Of a DNA stretch of 64,000 nucleotides, positions 50,022-61,847 are shown piece by piece (the first letter of the stretch is position 1; each line of letters opens with the position of its first letter). Made by a program: the position numbers and the translations under genes. Origin of the DNA: Ranitomeya imitator (taxonomy: Eukaryota); contig NC_091282.1 in NCBI RefSeq assembly GCF_032444005.1, forward strand, positions 111,476,001-111,540,000. The letters run 5' to 3'. The notes under the pieces were generated by a model, which searched no databases, was not told the DNA's origin, and worked only from the letters and a program-made list of their open reading frames with translations.

Positions 50022-50556
50022 TGTCACGATACCCAGTATAAATGCTGCCGGGAAAACTGCACCCAGCAGCAACGGTGCTGGACTGGTAACTAACCTGATC
50101 ACCAACGGGACCTTCCACATGAGACAGAGTGATCAGGTAAAGCAACAGGACCTTAGATCACGTGACAGAGTGGGAGGTGGTCAGGGACGGAGCCATATGC
50201 TGGGAAACAGAGAAGGAACAAGCATAAAAGAATAGTGAAACAAGCAGAGGTCGTAGCCAGGAGATTCCAAGATACCAACAGGGAGAGTCAGGGAATAGTC
50301 AGCAGCCAAGCCAGGGGTCAGTAATCCAGGAAAACGAATAAAGCACGTGACAGGAAGACACAAAGCAAGCCAGCACACACTTCAGAGGTCAAGCATACAG
50401 ACTGCAGAAAACCTATGGCTGACAAGGATACCAGGTTAGGAGTGAGTATAAAGAGCCCTCCCATCTTGAAAGAGAGGCTAACAACATTAACCCTGAGAGA
50501 ACAAGACATTAACCTTGTCCAAACCATGACAAGGGGATTGGATTTCACGCACAACA
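50022..50556 (-). mobile_element. Solo LTR (Gypsy-type) inside the hAT transposase gene
   Basis: TGTCACGA...ACAACA ends; hAT sequence resumes on both sides; no clean TSD. Confidence 0.65.
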
Positions 50557-52494
50557 GTGGAAGAAGGAGTGGTGTTACCCGCAGCCACTGTTCCTGGTGC
50601 CTGTGGTTCAGCTCACAAAATTGGGTGCATTGCTGCCATGTGCCTGATCATGCTGGTGGTGGTCAGGCTGGTAGTTTAGCTATCCCTGCTGATGCGGGCA
50701 TGGCAGGTGTTGCAAATGGCCTGTTTGGGGTTATCGGCAGAGTTTTTAAAAAACAACCAGACTTGTGAAGACCTTACAGTTGGACTGACAACTTCCGCCA
50801 TGTTGGTGTTGCATGGAATGGTTGCCCATCTTCTGTCTGTAGACACCGCACTGATAGACCAGGAATCTGACGGATATACGTGACCTGTTTTTTTTTTTTA
50901 TTTTATACCCCAAAATAGTGTGCAGAACTAGGGTAACAGACAGCAAAGACAGTGGAATGTAGGCCTGAACTGCCACAATTTGTAGGCCACAAATAGATCA
51001 GGCATCTGACAGCGATACCAGACTGTTCAATACGTGGCCTGTATTGTTTTATTTTTTACCCCAAAATAGTGTATAGACCTAGAGTAGCAGGCAGTGAAAA
51101 AGTGGAATGTAGGCCTGAAAAGCAACTATTTGTAGAGCACAGATAGATCTGGCGTCTGACGACGATAGAACACTGTTAAATATGTGGCCTGGATTTTTTT
51201 GGGCCCACCAAAATTTTGTCAGTAAGTAGGCTATGACACTAAAAAAAAAAATATTGGAGTACTAAAATTGTGAAATATTTAGCGCAATGATATGCGATGC
51301 GTGTACAAAACACAGTGATAAATATGAGAACTGTTGCTAAATATTTTTTGGCCAGATAAAGATTTTTTTGGTCAGCAAAATGGTGTCCAAAAATGTTGTA
51401 AGACACTCCAAAAAATACTACACTGCAAAAATAAAGGCTAGAATTTTCTGTGCACTCACATCTGATGCCTGGGACAAAAAAGCAGTTTTAAACTGATAGA
51501 TTTTCATGCTGTTGTTTTAAAATTACCTGGCTGCAGTCTGCAGTGTGACCAAGCAAATAAATGTAGAAAAAAGGGGGGCTCTGGATTGCTTTGTAATAAA
51601 ATTAGCAGGATTCAGGTGTCAAAAAAATTAATCCTAGCCACAGATACCTGCAGCTAGGTGTATATAAAATAGGCAGCAGACAGTAATGGACCCTCTTGAT
51701 GTATGCAGTGAGATCTATATACTCACATACAGTGCCTGCATGCCTTGCATTGATGTGGATATGCGCACATAGACTCCCCTGCCTACCTAGCACTGCAATC
51801 AATATACCCCCTTATTAGCCCTAAAAAGGATTGTTGGTTTATTTGGACTTGTGGATTATGTGATGGTAGACCCACAATAACTAATAAAAGAACTAATCTA
51901 ACCCTATCTCAGCAGCAGCTCTCCCTACACTAGCTGAGTCAGGAGCAGAAAGAGGCGAGCAGGGCGGTGCCAGGTCTCTTATAGACCTGATGACGCTGTG
52001 CGGCCAGCCAAACACTGTAATACCACAACAAAGATGGCTGCGGTATTACAGTGCATGGAAGACAATCCCTGCATGCTCATTGGAGCTCTAAAGAGCGCCA
52101 AAATTTCAGGGCGGAGACCCGAACTCCCACCGAATAATCACGGAAATGCTCGGTGCTCGCCGAGTACACCGAGTACCATGATTCTCGGGCGAGTACCAAG
52201 TAGTGGCGAGCACGTTCGCTGGTAACCAATCTGATCACTATTTTCTTGAACTCTGTCCGGTTTACATGAAAAATTTTTGCCACATAACAAGTGTCAATCA
52301 ATTCTCATACAAGGAACCTTTCCATGGCCCGATGCAAGCTATAAGGAGATAACCTGTCAGCAGCATATTCCTGATTTACACAAGAAAAAGATTTTTAGAG
52401 CTTAGTAACTGATGAGATCATCTGACGAATGATTTGCTCATTTATTACCTGATCACTGTTACATTGTCCAATGATGGGAAATGAACAGTCTTAA

Positions 52495-53229
52495 GGTACC
52501 GTCACACTAAGCGACACTGCAGCGATACCGACAACGATGTCGATCGCTGCAGCGTCGCTGTTTGGTCGCTGGAGAGCTGTCACACAGACCGCTCTCCAGC
52601 GACCAACGATCCCGAGGTCCCCGGTAACCAGGGTAAACATCGGGTTACTAAGCACAGGGCCGCGCTTAGTAACCCGATGTTTACCATGGTTACCAGCGTT
52701 AACGTTAAAAAAACAAACACTACATACTTACCTTCAGCTGTCTGTCCTCCGGCGCTCTGCTTTCTTCTGCACTGTCAGCGCCGGTCAGCCGGAGAGCAGA
52801 GCAGTGACCTCACCGCTGTGCTTTCCGGCTGGCCGGCGCTGACACAGGATGCAGGAGGAGTGCAGAGAAGCAGAGCGCCGGGGACAGACAGCTGAAGGTA
52901 AGTATGTAGTGTTTGTTTTTTTAACGTTTACGCTGGTAACCAGGGTAAACATCAGGTTACTAAGCGTGGCCCTGCGCTTAGTAACCCGATGTTTACCCTG
53001 GTTACCAGTGAAGACATCGCTGGATCGGCGTCACACACGCCGATCCAGCGATGTCAGCGGGAGATCCAGCGACTAAATAAAGTTCTGGATTTTCCTCAGC
53101 GACCAACAATCTCCCAGCAGGGGCCTGATCGTTGGTCGCTGTCACACATAACGATTTCCTTAAGGATATCGTTGCTGCGTCACAAGAAGCAACGATATCG
53201 TTAACGATATCGTTATGTGTGAAGGTACC
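52495..53229. mobile_element. MITE with GGTACC.TCACAC TIRs and nested internal palindromes
   Basis: TTAA on both flanks; two GGTAACCAGGGTAAACATC..GATGTTTACC.TGGTTACC hairpins. Confidence 0.88.
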
Positions 53230-54779
53230 TTAACAAAAGTGGGTTAAGCTGACTACCCACACATATGTAAGGACCTTAAATGGGTTGTCAGAGGCTAATG
53301 ATCGTTGGGGATCTTTTATTGGGCACCCACATCATTCTGCTGTAATCTGCGCTGTTAGAAACCAGAAATGAGCCATGCACAAGCAAACATCAGCCCTGTG
53401 TATTGTTCAGTCACTACTGCTAAGAGCTCCTGTTTATCCCCTATTCAATTAAATAGGTGGTCCCCTATGAGGCATGGATTTTCACCACAGACGATGAGGC
53501 ACAGGAGTCATTTTGGTCTGTCTAGTGAGGCCCAGGCATCACCTTGTTCACTCTGGTGATGCCTTGGTAGAAAAAGTTTGAGAAGCCCTTTTCTAAAAGG
53601 TGCTCCCACGTTTCTCATTGTGCTTTTAGTATAAACCATAATTTAAGATCATATGATATGGTATGATCATACCTTTTTTCAGTTTGTGTGTTTTTTGAGT
53701 ATGGGGTGAGTTGACTTGTGAACAATGAGAAGCAAAGTGTACATGAATATTATTAAGGTGAGACAAAAACACAGACTAAGGGGATTAGTCACTCCTTTAA
53801 TTACACAAGACAAATGAGTACAGTAATTTCCCCTGTTTCTCTCTGTTGGGCTAATTCCTTTCATGTTTTCCCAATATTCAAATGCGTTACTTCTTGTGTT
53901 CAAGCACATTGCCATCAGGTGCACAAACACGTGAGTCTGATATTATCTGGGTGTGAATCCATTGATAACAGGTAGGCAACAAACAAAACATTGGAAGGGC
54001 AAACATTGCTCCTTTCATGCGAATTATAACAGATCCTTTATGTTCCAGTATTAATCTCTATTATTCACAACAAATCAGTTCATACTGTATTTTGTCAATG
54101 TCTTGGTTCATCCATGTCATCTATCATGGTTTAATCCGTTATATAAAAAAAGTACTTAATGACGATTAAGCAAAACAAAAAGATAAATGGAAATGGAAAA
54201 TTTTAACATCGAGATCAGGGATGTCTTTAAGGTCAAGTCAAGGGATCTTGGGTGTTTTTCACCTGTCCTTATTCAACAATTTTCTATTAATGCATAAAAA
54301 AAGCATTTGAAAGAACATTATATATAGACACCAACTCATGGTGTGACCGTAGGTCAGTCTTGAATGTTAAATGTGACCACTGAGGATCTGATCGGAGGTA
54401 AGTAGACTGGGTAAATGAAAAGTCAGTCCCCAGACAGGAACCCGATTTGTGGTAGGAAAATGGAGTATCTTAGAAATATTCAATGACTTGATGGCGGTCC
54501 AAGGTATGGATTTTAGAAGAATAGCATTTACCGTAGAAGAGGCAACGGAAGATTATGTAGAGACTCGAGCCATTTTGCAACAAGGGACTACCTAGCTGAA
54601 AACAATTTGCATTGTGGTAACCAATTAAAAAGATTTTTATGAGAAGAAAAAGTTTAAATGATTACAGAAAATAGAAAAATCTTTAGCTTTCTATTGTAAA
54701 TAAATATTCAAATGGAAGTGAAATTACGGGGTGCAAAGTGCAAAGCAGTAAATATGATGGGATTTTATAACTTCATTGT

Positions 54780-55250
54780 TTTTATTACAGTAATTTAACA
54801 ATGAAAACACAAAATATATCTAGGAGCTTTTTTATAATCCCCAGATTTAGTGAAGCCAAGTGTTGTATAGATCTCTTCTTTCGCTAATTGCAGTGAACTT
54901 GCATCCTGATTTTCTAAAACCCTTCCCATCAGAAGACGTTTCTGACACTGGCCCTGTTTGTTACAGTTTTGTATCAATTTTGCAACAGTATTCTGGTTGA
55001 TAAGAAAAGCTTTACTTTTCTTTTTGTATCTTTCACCTTTCTTGTATGAAGAAATTATTTTCTTTCCCTGGTCTTGTGACATTTCTCTTCCATGTGGTGC
55101 CATTGCTAACAGCATGATCTAAGAAGGCATTTTCTTTGTTAATTAATACCCTTTTATAGCCAACTATCTCCTGGACACTATCTATTTAATTAGTAATTAG
55201 ACTTATCTGTGATTACATTCTTATTAATTAGAATTTTGTAGCCTAACCTG
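54780..55250 (-). mobile_element. Tc1 transposase N-terminal relic
   Basis: MAPHGREMSQD..KKII..YKKG..YKK.SK.....NTVAK.IQ paired-like HTH. Confidence 0.75.
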
Positions 55251-55589
55251 GAGTTTGCCACTAACTTCCACTAGCACTTCACGCTGCTGCTGTGTGCATG
55301 CTAATATCATTCACCAAAGATCCTATAACTGCGGGAGTCTAGAGGAACTGAAGAGGAGACAGGCTGATATGTGCAGTGTATGTATATACATGTACAGTTA
55401 TGCTCAAATGTTTACATACCTCGGCTTTCCCCATGACTTACAATCCAGAAACATCAGTGGCTGCATGAAAGATGCAAGAGTCTGTGTGGATCCCAGAAAC
55501 TCACTCAGTTTTTATGCACACACACCGATTACAAGCAAACAGGTCACAGGTGAGGATGTTACCTTTAGTAGACATTCAAACCCATGTGT

Positions 55590-55839
55590 GTCAACTTCAG
55601 TGCATGTTATCAGGCCAAAATCACCAGGGTATGTGAACTTTTGATCAGGGTCATTTGGATGTTTTGGGTTGTCATTATGGTTTAAAAAGAGAAAACACAG
55701 CAGTTTGACAATAAATGGCTTCACCCAACCACTAACCATGAGTGGAGAAAAAGTTTTTGGTGTTATCATTCATATTATCTGAAAAAAGGCCAAGAAAGCA
55801 AAAGTTTTACTGGGGTATGTAAACTTTTGAGTACAACTG
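55590..55839. mobile_element. Tc1 terminal fragment
   Basis: Ends GGTATGTAAACTTTTGAGTACAACTG|TA. Confidence 0.6.
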
Positions 55840-58585
55840 TATATGTATGTGTACATACATTTGTATATATGTGCAGTGTGTGTATATACATTTGTTTGTA
55901 CTGTGAGTTTATAATGATGTGTATGTTCAGTGAGTGTGTGGTGACATGATTATATTTGAATAAACGTTGATTTTTTTGTTCAAGAATAAATGTGGATTAT
56001 TGTTCATGGGAAAAAATAAAACAACCCCTGAATATAAGCCCTAACCCGTTTTCTTTCAGTGCAAAAAATAATATAAGACCCTGTCTTATTTTCAAGTAAA
56101 CAAAATGCCCAGTCCAAAGAGGGAGCGCCAAGCCCCTATTTGTACAAAGTACATAATACTAAAGAATAAAGCATATAGCATTTGTAAAAGCTTTGGGATG
56201 ACATTACCTTGGGAAGATCAGTGAAGCCAAATAGACTGGGATTAGGGAGGAGTGCTTGACTTGACTCGATGTTTTTATCTATGCAAAAATGCAGTCAGTC
56301 ATTTATTAGCAGTTCAGCTCCCATTCTCTCCAATTCTTAATAATAATAGGTCATCAATATTAGAGACCCCGGTAATCTTTTTAAAAGTACAATATACTGT
56401 AGGACTATATACTATACTATTCTATATACTATACTATACTGTCTATTTGGATCTAGCACTAAAAAATGTCCTTCCATAGACAAATACAGAATAATGTAGC
56501 ATAGCTGAATGTGTGATTTAGCTAAATTTAGCATCAGGTAGAAACGTTATATCTCAAAATACTGGAACACTAAACATATTTGAGAGAAAAGTGAGGAGTA
56601 GATTGCTATAGACAACTCTTCCAATTTTTTTCTCGCACAAGATTGATAGTACCTTATTTTGTCAAATAACTCTGTCAACTACTCTAAATGAGAAGTTCTT
56701 GTAAAATACCTTTCCTTGCATGTCTCTGGACAAAAAATGGTTTTATGAGTTGTTAGGGGAAGGCTGAAGACAGCAGACAGAAACAACTACTTTGACGCAT
56801 GTGAAGAATACAAAACAAATACTTCTGCTCTCGAGGTGTCCGCCTGTTATGACATTTACTTTAAAAAAAAAATTTTTTGTCATGTGAGTTCCTGAATTTG
56901 AATGTATCGGCACACCATGTTTATACTTAGGGAAAACTATGTTTCAGACTAAGTATAAACAGAGAGAATACACGACATAGTAGGTTTACGGATAGTGTAG
57001 CTAAGGTGTAACATGTCATGTGGCCGATTTGTGTACAGTCTGTCATCTGAACATGCTCCCAACGGCACAAGGAGGTGTGTTGTTGTGGGGAAACAGATTT
57101 CTGCCTCAATGGAAAAAAACTCATGAACAAACTCTTCTCAGGTGAACATGGAAATTATTATATTTCTAGAGTTGTTCCAATACCTTGTTTCTAATTGTAA
57201 GCGACGGCAGACCACCACCACCACCACCACCAACATAGTGGTGCATAGGTGTAAGGCTAGATGAGGAAAAAATACAGATGTGATAGTGTTTATAATCATC
57301 ATTTATCAGGCCGTATATCCCTTATTTTAAAAAAAAAATGACATGTGTTTCCACAAAGCTCTGATCATACACTGTCTACTTCAGTACTCCCCATAGTCAT
57401 GGGATGACATGTATTACAGGTAGAGAATATAGGTTATATCATTGTTTCCAGCATCATAACAAATCCAGGAATAAAAATGAGTGAACCTCATATATTGATT
57501 ACTTAAAAAAAAATTTTAAAAAAGAAAATATCGTTACACCGCACAAACATATTACCCTGTCCTCTGGGACCGTACTCAGCAAAAATATTGTAGAAAGTCC
57601 GACAATATTGTAGAAGGAATGAAATTGTGGCAGTCACCTGTGCACAAAAATGTAGAAGACTTTATTGCTTTTATGTAGATAAAAATTACAGCATGGTAGT
57701 GTATGGCATAATGCTATATGCAGACAATGGCCGTTTCGCCCCGAGCAGGCACTTCTTCCTGGTCTCTGGGAGAAAGAAACACCTGCTCGGCGCGAAATGG
57801 CTAATGTCCATATAGTGAAGTATGCTGTACACTACGATGCTGTAATTTGTATCTTCTTGGAATAAAGTCTTCTGAATTTTGTATGCACTGGAAAATGCCG
57901 CAATTTCATTTTTTCTACAATCTTATTATAGAATACAGTGGCAGAATGGTAAAGTTGATCCCCATTCAGGGCTTGCAGAAGTTTGCATATACACAGTCGT
58001 TGATTCAACAACTTTACTCACAGGGAGGCAACAAGCTTGATGGTTACATAGTTACAAGAGCCAATAGGTTGACTTAAAAAAGAGTGAAAAGAGATGAGAC
58101 CCATTGGGTGGCATTGTGTGCTAGAATAAGTAAAGAGAGTGAGATGTTGCTCATTTGATGGAGTTAAGTAGCAAAGCCACAAAAAGAGGACAAAGAATCC
58201 TCCAAAAATTCAAGAATTAATACAGCAAAAAAGGGTCAGAAGTATTTACCTGCCCGGGTTTGAGAACTAATGCACTCTCAGAATGCAGCAAATCCATGTA
58301 GTAAAGATGGCGGCAACAGAGTTGAAAGAGATGAGACAACTATTCACAACCTACCAATTCATGGAGGTGGTGATTGCTTAGTATTAGATTACATAAAAGC
58401 AGTTTGTATAGGGCGCTGGTCACACACAGGTAATGGACAGTATCTGGCTTGTTTCACAGTGTCTTAGTTTTAAAGTTTAACAAAGACACTAGCCCACCGT
58501 GTTCAACCTATAATAACCTAACAAATTGTGGTTCATCTTTTACACTTGCTGCCTCACAGTTGCCTATATGCAGGCAGACTACTAA

Positions 58586-60648
58586 TCTACTATATAAAGC
58601 TGAATGTGTGTGTGTGTGTGTGTGTATGTGTGTATGTCCGGGATTGGCATCTGCACCGTCGCAGCTACAGCCACAAAATTTTGCACAGTCACACGTCTGG
58701 ACCCTGAGAGCGTCATAGGCCATGTTGTGAGGCGAAATTTTAACCCCGCGCGTTCCAATTCACCAAACAATTTTGCCCCTATCTACATAATGGGGAAAAG
58801 TGAAAGGAAAAGTGTTGGAGGCAAATTGACAGCAGCCAGATGTGAACAAGGGGGACTTAAAGAGTGAGAGCGATGGCGCCAAAGAGTATATACCGTACAG
58901 TTGCTAAGGTGGGGCCCCGACATGGGATACTCACCACACACGGGGATATGAACACACACACAAAATGCGCCACACACTACCACGTGCTTGAACACATATA
59001 CCATCCTCAGCACACATTTCACCACACATACACCAACCTCGCCACATAAAAGTCAAAACACAAAAGTCGCCGGTCAAAACTCGCCACGCGCAAAACTCGC
59101 CACATGCAAAAAATAGGCTCACGCAAAACTCGCCACAAGTGCAAAACTCACCTCATGGAAAACTCACCACATGCAAAACTTGCACACGCGGAAAAATTGC
59201 CACATGCACAAAAGTTGCAACACATGCAAAAGTTGCCTCACACAAAACTTGCACATACTCAAAAGGCACCACACATAAAACTTGCCACGCGCAAAACTCG
59301 CCATGCGCAAAACTTGCTGCACACAACTTGCTACACTAACCTATCACATGCAACTTGACACACAAAAAGTTGCTACACGCATGTTGCCACACAAAACTCA
59401 TCCCACAAAAGTCGCTACACACAACTCAACACACACAACTTGACAAACGAAACTCGCCCTAAAACACACACAAGTCTGGTATTATCTTCAAAAATAAAAA
59501 TCTGATTAATAAGCAGACAAACTACAAGAGCAACAAATGTACCATATAGGAAATACGGCAGCTGTCAGTCACATGACCTGTCTATTATGTGTATGTGTGA
59601 GCTAATATATACTGCCAGGGGGAGGGCTTCCTGTTGGCTGGGGATTTATCAGGCTGCCAATTTAGCTTACAAATACTGAGGTAAAAATACTGAGCAAATA
59701 ACGTGTGAACGAGGTCTAATACAGGAGGAGATGACACACAGGTATATACTATATACAGGGGAGATGACACACAGATATATACTATATACAGGAGAGATGA
59801 CACACAGGTATATACTATATAGAGGAGGAGATGGCATACAGGTACATATATATACAGGAGGAGATGACATACAGGTATATACTATATACAGGAGCAGATG
59901 ACCTACAGGTATATACTATATACAGGAGGAGATTACATACAGGTATATGCTATATATAGAAGATGACATACAGGTATATACTATATACAGGAGGAGATGA
60001 CACAGATATATACTATATACAGGGGAGATGACACACAGATATATACTATATACAGGAGGAGATGACATACAGGTATATACTATATATAAGAGAAGATGAC
60101 ATACAGGTATATGCTATATACAGAGGAGATGACACACAGCAGGTATATACTATATACAGGGGAGATGACATACAGGTATATACTATATACAGGAGATGAC
60201 ATACAGGTGTATACTATATATAAGGGAGATGATAAACATGTATATACTGAGGTGAAAATGAGAGGTGTGAGGTGAAAATGAAAAGGTGTGAGTGCAAAAT
60301 GAGAGGAGTGAGGGAAAATAGTGGAGTGATCAGAAAATGACAGATGTGAGGTCGAAATGACAAGTGTTAGGGGGGAATGAGAGGAGTGAGGGGAAAAATA
60401 AGGAGTGAGGGGGAAAATAAGGAGTGAGGGGGAAAATAAGGAGTGAGGGGGAAAATAAGGACTGAGGGGGTAAATAAGGACTGAGGGAGAAAATGAGAGG
60501 TATGAGGGAGAAAATGAGAGATGTGAGGGGGAAAATGAAAGATGTGATTGGGAAAATGAGAGGCGTGATGGGAAAATAAGAGAAGTGTGGTGCTATAACT
60601 AACCACAGATATTTACTATGCCCAGGCAAAGCCGGGCTCTTTAGCTAG
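58586..60648 (+). mobile_element. Non-autonomous Helitron with several internal minisatellites
   Basis: A|TCTACTATATAAAG...CTAG|T; hairpin GCCCAGGC-AAA-GCCGGGC (60620-60637). Confidence 0.88.
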
Positions 60649-60949
60649 TCTACTATATAAAGCTGAATGTGTGTGTGTATATGTATGTATGTATGTCCGG
60701 GATTGGCATCTGCAACGTCGCAGCTACAGCCACAAAATTTTGCACAGTCACACGTCTGGACCCCGAGAGCGTCATAGGCTATATTGTGAGGCGAAATTTT
60801 AACCCCGCGCGTTCCAATTCACCAAACAATTTTGCCCCTATCTACATAATGGGGAAAAAAGTGAAAGGAAAAGTGTTGGAGGCGTCGCAGCTACAGCAAC
60901 AAAATTTTGCACAGTCACACGTCTGGTCCCCGAGAGCATCATAGGCTAC
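60649..60949 (+). mobile_element. Second Helitron copy, head-to-tail, truncated by the Gypsy LTR
   Basis: TCTACTATATAAAGCTGAATG start repeated directly after CTAG. Confidence 0.88.
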
Positions 60950-61683
60950 TGTTGTGAGTTCTGTTTTTGGGCTCCCTCTGGTGGTTACTGATGGTACTGG
61001 GTGATTTGTGTTCTGCTGTCTCTGGTGTCCACCTGTTCTATTAGGATTTGGGAGTTTCCTATTTAACCGGGCTTTCTTGTCATTTCCCCGCCGGCTATCA
61101 AGGTTATCAGAGTGTTTTGTTACCTCAGCTTCTGGCTTCAGTAATCTTCAGGACAAGCTAAGTTTTTGATTTTCTTGTTCCACGTTTTGCTTTATTTTTG
61201 TCTTGTCCAGCTTGCATATAATTGTTTCTTTGCTGCTGGTTGCTCTAGCGGGCTGTAATTGCTCCTCATGTTCCATGAGTTGGAGCATGAGTTCAAGTAA
61301 TTACAGGATGGGTTTTTAAAGGGTTTTTTGCTGACCGCGCAGATTACTTTTGTATCCTCTGCTATCTAGTTTTAGCGGGCCTCATTTTGCTGAATCTGTT
61401 TTCATACTGTGTATGTGCCTTCCTCTCATTTCACCGTCATTATATGTGGGGGGCTGCTATTTCTGTGGGGTATTTCTCTGGAGGCAAGAGAGGTCTGTGT
61501 TTCTTCTAATAGGGGAAGTTAGATCTTCGGCTGGTGCGAGACGTCTAGGATCAACGTAGGCACGTTCCCCGGCTATTGTTATTTGTGTGTTCAGGTTTAG
61601 GGTCGCGGTCAGCTCAGGTTCCATCACCCTAGAGCTCGTTGGTGCTTGTCCTTTTGTGATTCCCTGCCATTGGAATCATGACA
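60950..61683 (+). mobile_element. 5' LTR of a sushi/Tf1-type Gypsy retrotransposon
   Basis: TGTTG...TGACA, followed by a PBS-position sequence and gag-pol. Confidence 0.9.
61060..61066 (+). promoter_or_regulatory. Putative LTR TATA box
   Basis: TATTTAA lies 30 nt upstream of GCCGGCTAT, the predicted start of R. Confidence 0.55.
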
Positions 61684-61685
61684 GT

Positions 61686-61694
61686 ATAGCCGGC
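61686..61694 (+). promoter_or_regulatory. Self-priming primer binding site
   Basis: ATAGCCGGC is the exact reverse complement of GCCGGCTAT at 61090-61098. Confidence 0.7.
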
Positions 61695-61847
61695 CAAAAT
61701 GTTTGGGCTGAAGTAGGAGGAAAAGTAGTCTGAGGAAGTTTTTTTTTTTTTCTCCTCTGAGGTTGCTGCCTAGCCTTAATTGCAGCCTGGCTGATTTTTT
61801 TTTTCCTCCTCTTAATCCTTGAATGGCTCTGACCTTAGCTGTTTATC

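Larger units (their letters stand above)
44602..52219 (-). mobile_element. Decayed autonomous-type hAT transposon (BED finger plus DDE), split by a CR1 and a solo LTR
   Basis: BED-like VW.FF...AICNTC...ISRG (~50640-50790); LPFRLMESEAF and VHLTTDTWTS (49581-49814); VVCDNGQNLV (44529-44870). Subterminal CGAGCACGTTCGCT at ~52206-52219. Confidence 0.88.

Noticed and set aside
54050-54640. Possible L1 ORF2 relic and a plus-strand GGAG|GTAAGT donor
   Set aside because: The candidate exon has stops in all frames and the L1 similarity is too weak to call.
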